Assembly: GCA_016184305.1 (NCBI GenBank)
Contig: JACPCX010000175.1
Span: forward strand, 124 to 64,123
Reading direction: 5' to 3'
Length of the DNA: 64,000 bases
From: Candidatus Rokuibacteriota bacterium
GTDB taxonomy: Bacteria; Methylomirabilota; Methylomirabilia; Rokubacteriales; CSP1-6
Both the position numbers and the translations under genes were made by a program. The notes below the pieces were generated by a model. That model saw only the letters and a program-made list of their open reading frames with translations. It was not told the origin of the DNA and made no database searches. Positions 61,543 to 64,000 of this stretch are shown here, one piece after another (the first letter of the stretch is position 1; every line of letters begins with the position of its first letter).

Positions 61543-62349
61543 ATGAGACAAGCGCTGACCGCATCGAGCCTGCTGCTGGCCTGGCTGGTCCTGACCGCGC
61601 CCGCCGCCATCGGCTACAGCGGGGGACCGCTGAGGACTGTCACCGACCTCACACCGAGCTGCGCCGGGTGCCACAGCTCCTTCAACCGAGAGCAGCTCCG
61701 CGAGGTGCCCGATGCCGTGGCCGCCTCCCTCATCCCTGACACCCGCCACTACAAGGCCATCGAGGACGGCACCGGCCCCTACCAGGCGATGTCGCCCGCC
61801 GACCGGCAGAAGCTCCTGGCCGACGTGAAGACGATGGACCAGAACGCTTCCGTGACGGTCAGCGTGCCGCAGAGCCTGAGGCCGGGCCAGGAAGCGCAGA
61901 TCACGGCCCAGGTCAAGGGAGGCCATGGGATCGTGGGCGTGCTCCTCGTGGACACGGACCTCCGGTTCCAGGCGCGGCCTCTCCAGTCCGACGGCTGGCT
62001 GATCGTGGGCGCGCCGAAGATCTGGGGAACCGACGGCAAGGAGCAGACGCGGTGGGTGGACAGCCGGGCGTCGGGCCTCAAGAAGAACCTGAATTCCGCC
62101 ATCATCTTCGGGCAGGTCAGCGACCTCGCGGCCGGGAAGTTCGCCGAGGGCAAGGCCGTCTGGACGGTGAAGGCGCCGCAGGAGCCCGGCACCTACTCGG
62201 TGACGATCGCGTTCCAGTTCGGCAGCGAGAAGGCCTCGTCCGTCGGGACCGTGACGACTGCCACGGGTGTCGTGCTTCCGAGGGGCGGACCGGGCGGCCC
62301 CTCCTCCCGTATCATGTTCGCCAAGCCCGTCATGGTGACGGTGCGCTAG
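61543..62349 (+). CDS. secreted monoheme c-type cytochrome-like protein of unknown family
   Basis: AGGAGGA SD. Signal peptide 'MRQALTASSLLLAWLVLTAPAAIG'. A single CxxCH ('SCAGCHSS') near the mature N-terminus. The rest is beta-rich and Ig-like by composition. Confidence 0.7.
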   Translation: MRQALTASSLLLAWLVLTAPAAIGYSGGPLRTVTDLTPSCAGCHSSFNREQLREVPDAVAASLIPDTRHYKAIEDGTGPYQAMSPADRQKLLADVKTMDQNASVTVSVPQSLRPGQEAQITAQVKGGHGIVGVLLVDTDLRFQARPLQSDGWLIVGAPKIWGTDGKEQTRWVDSRASGLKKNLNSAIIFGQVSDLAAGKFAEGKAVWTVKAPQEPGTYSVTIAFQFGSEKASSVGTVTTATGVVLPRGGPGGPSSRIMFAKPVMVTVR

Positions 62350-62376
62350 CCGGACGGCCAGCGGGGCGAAGTCGGC

Positions 62377-63045
62377 ATGGCGCCCTCGTGGCGCCGCCGC
62401 CTCGTCTTCGGGACGGCAGCGGCGGCTGGCGTGTGCCTCGTCGCGGCTCTCACCCTCGCGGTAGTCGCCGCGAAGGAGCGTGACAACCGCTTCTGTGTCT
62501 CCTGCCATCTCCACGAGGAGAAGTTCGACCGCTTCACCTCGACCGCCGCGACGGATCTCGCGGGTGTCCACCAAGTCAAGGATCGGGGGGTCGGCTGTAT
62601 CGCCTGCCACGGCGGCGCCGATGCGGGCATGCGCGCCCGAGTGTGGGCGCTGGCCGCCATGGACACGGCGAAGTACCTGGTCGGGCTCCACGAGGAGCCC
62701 ACCCGCATGAAACTCTCACTCCGGGACGCCGAGTGCCGCCAGTGCCACCGTCCGATCCTCAAGGCTCCAGTGGCCGGCGGCCCGGCCGCTTCTTCCGCGC
62801 TGACCGGAGGCGCGCCGGTGCCGGCCCGGGCCATCGACCCGAGCGATGAGTCCACGTTCGCCGCTACGTCCCAGGGCGAAGGGGCCGCGGCGACCTCCTA
62901 TCACGCCCTCCGCGACCATGACGGAGTAACCGTCCGCTGCGTCCGCTGCCACACGAGCCACACCACTGACAGCGGCGCGAAGGATCGATTCATCTCGAAG
63001 GGGATCGTCCAGCCCATCTGCAGGGAGTGTCACAAGCAGATGTGA
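62377..63045 (+). CDS. membrane-anchored pentaheme cytochrome c, NapC/NirT/NrfH-like
   Basis: N-terminal TM 'AAAAGVCLVAALTLAVVAA'. Five CxxCH motifs (CVSCH, CIACH, CRQCH, CVRCH, CRECH). The first context, 'NRFCVSCH', is typical of NapC/NirT. Confidence 0.85.
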   Translation: MAPSWRRRLVFGTAAAAGVCLVAALTLAVVAAKERDNRFCVSCHLHEEKFDRFTSTAATDLAGVHQVKDRGVGCIACHGGADAGMRARVWALAAMDTAKYLVGLHEEPTRMKLSLRDAECRQCHRPILKAPVAGGPAASSALTGGAPVPARAIDPSDESTFAATSQGEGAAATSYHALRDHDGVTVRCVRCHTSHTTDSGAKDRFISKGIVQPICRECHKQM

Positions 63046-63174
63046 CGGGGAACCGGAAGCCCTCATTCCTCAAGCTGTCCAACGAGATCCAGCTGGAGAC
63101 GGACCTGACCTTCGTCCGGCAGTGACGCGCAGGGCGGGAGGCCGGCGGCACCGTCGGGCTCCCGCTCGCTCTCC

Positions 63175-63203
63175 TTGTCGTCCGGGGCCGCGTATCTTAG
63201 AAT
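63175..63203 (+). promoter_or_regulatory. candidate promoter TTGTCG-17-TAGAAT upstream of meaB
   Basis: -35 at 63175-63180 and -10 TAGAAT at 63198-63203, about 52 nt before the ATG at 63256. Confidence 0.45.
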
Positions 63204-63255
63204 GTCCGGGTGCGATCCCATCCCGCGACGCCCGCGCTCCCGCCCGTCTGACCCG

Positions 63256-64000
63256 ATGGATCTCGTCACGCGCATGCTCAATGGCGATCGGCTGGCGCTC
63301 GCGCGGCTGATCACGCGCGTCGAGAACCGGGCGGACGGCGTGCCCGCCGTCATGCGGGAGATCCACCCCCGCCTTGGCCGCGCCTATGTCCTCGGTATTA
63401 CCGGCCCCCCCGGGGCGGGCAAGTCCACGCTGGTGGACCGGCTGACGGCGCATCTCCGCGCCGACGGCGTGGCGGTGGGCATCATCGCCGTGGACCCCTC
63501 CAGCCCCTTCACGGGCGGGGCCGTGCTCGGCGACCGGATCCGCATGCAGACCCACACGCTGGACCCCGACGTCTTCATCCGCAGCATGGCCACCCGCGGC
63601 AGCCTGGGGGGGCTCGCCCGCGCCACGGGCAATGTGGTCAAGCTCATGGACGCCTTCGGCTTCCCGTGGGTCATCGTCGAGACCGTCGGGGTCGGGCAGA
63701 CCGAGCTCGACATCATCAAGCAGGTCGACACCACCGTGGTCACGCTGGTCCCGGAATCGGGCGACGCCGTGCAGACCATGAAGGCCGGGCTCATGGAGGT
63801 CGCCGACGTCTTCGCGGTGAACAAGGCCGACCGCCCGGGCGCGCATCAGCTCATGGCCGACCTGCGCTTCACCGTGCACCTGCACTACTCGAGCACGGTT
63901 TCCCCCAAGGACATCGACTGGGAGATCCCGGTGCTCGCCACCCAGGCGGTGAACGACGTGGGCGTGGCGGAGCTCGTGGACCACATCAAGCGGCACCGGG
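63256..64000 (+). CDS. meaB: methylmalonyl-CoA mutase-associated G3E GTPase MeaB/ArgK (3' partial, runs off the window)
   Basis: Own translation gives 'MDLVTRMLNGDRLALARLITRVEN...', P-loop 'GITGPPGAGKSTL', 'AVDPSSPFTGGAVLGDRIRM', 'VETVGVGQ', 'NKAD'. Not in the ORF track because no stop lies within the window. Confidence 0.9.
   Translation, partial: MDLVTRMLNGDRLALARLITRVENRADGVPAVMREIHPRLGRAYVLGITGPPGAGKSTLVDRLTAHLRADGVAVGIIAVDPSSPFTGGAVLGDRIRMQTHTLDPDVFIRSMATRGSLGGLARATGNVVKLMDAFGFPWVIVETVGVGQTELDIIKQVDTTVVTLVPESGDAVQTMKAGLMEVADVFAVNKADRPGAHQLMADLRFTVHLHYSSTVSPKDIDWEIPVLATQAVNDVGVAELVDHIKRHR

Noticed and set aside
63042-63125. 27-codon ORF (GTG overlapping the cytochrome stop; '..FLKLSNEIQLETDLTFVRQ')
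   Set aside because: The codon usage looks coding-like, and it might be a relic C-terminus. However, it is too short, has no SD, and I cannot tie it to any family.

Overview
Visibly GC-rich (not computed) bacterial chromosomal core region. It holds about 70 genes, almost all on the + strand, packed into operons with many 1-, 4- and 8-nt start/stop overlaps (ATGA/GTGA). Gene order: hypothetical, accC, BCCP, pccB (acyl-CoA carboxylase); rpoD (-); cinA remnant; yceI (-); malic-enzyme fragment; GT2, aminotransferase, methyltransferase, GT-C (polyprenyl-phosphate glycosylation cluster); nth; rplM-rpsI; argC-argJ; rpsB-tsf-pyrH-frr-uppS-cdsA-dxr-rseP-ispG-ferredoxin-proS; rimP-nusA-ylxR-infB-DUF503-rbfA-DHH phosphoesterase-truB-ribF; rpsO-pnp-M16 peptidase; purB-purS-purQ-purL-purF-(purM remnant)-purN-purH-(HTH/TPR protein)-purD-tsaC-mobA; hypothetical, tiny basic ORF, thiI, beta-CASP MBL hydrolase, MFS transporter; rpiB-glyA-nrdR (shortened); EamA (-, shortened); phosphoribosyltransferase (-); tsaB-rimI; two c-type cytochromes; and meaB, which is 3' partial, runs off the window and is absent from the ORF track. 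I saw no rRNA, tRNA, CRISPR array, transposase, integrase or recognisable defence gene, so this is mostly an ordinary housekeeping region. Six things deserve a second look. (1) Five genes (purM, nrdR, cinA, an EamA transporter, a malic enzyme) are internally deleted or truncated, mostly in frame, inside otherwise intact operons. This may be biology or an assembly artefact. (2) Several related GC-rich repeat families are present, one of which is triplicated in frame onto the 3' end of tsaB. (3) A Lys-rich 13-codon micro-ORF with a strong SD and hairpins sits in front of the EamA gene. (4) A GT-C glycosyltransferase is fused to a DUF2993/LmeA-like domain. (5) A membrane-anchored pentaheme NapC/NirT-like cytochrome is paired with a secreted monoheme protein of unknown family. 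(6) Promoter-like elements abut start codons, giving candidate leaderless mRNAs. All functional calls rest on motifs read from the translations. No database search was run.
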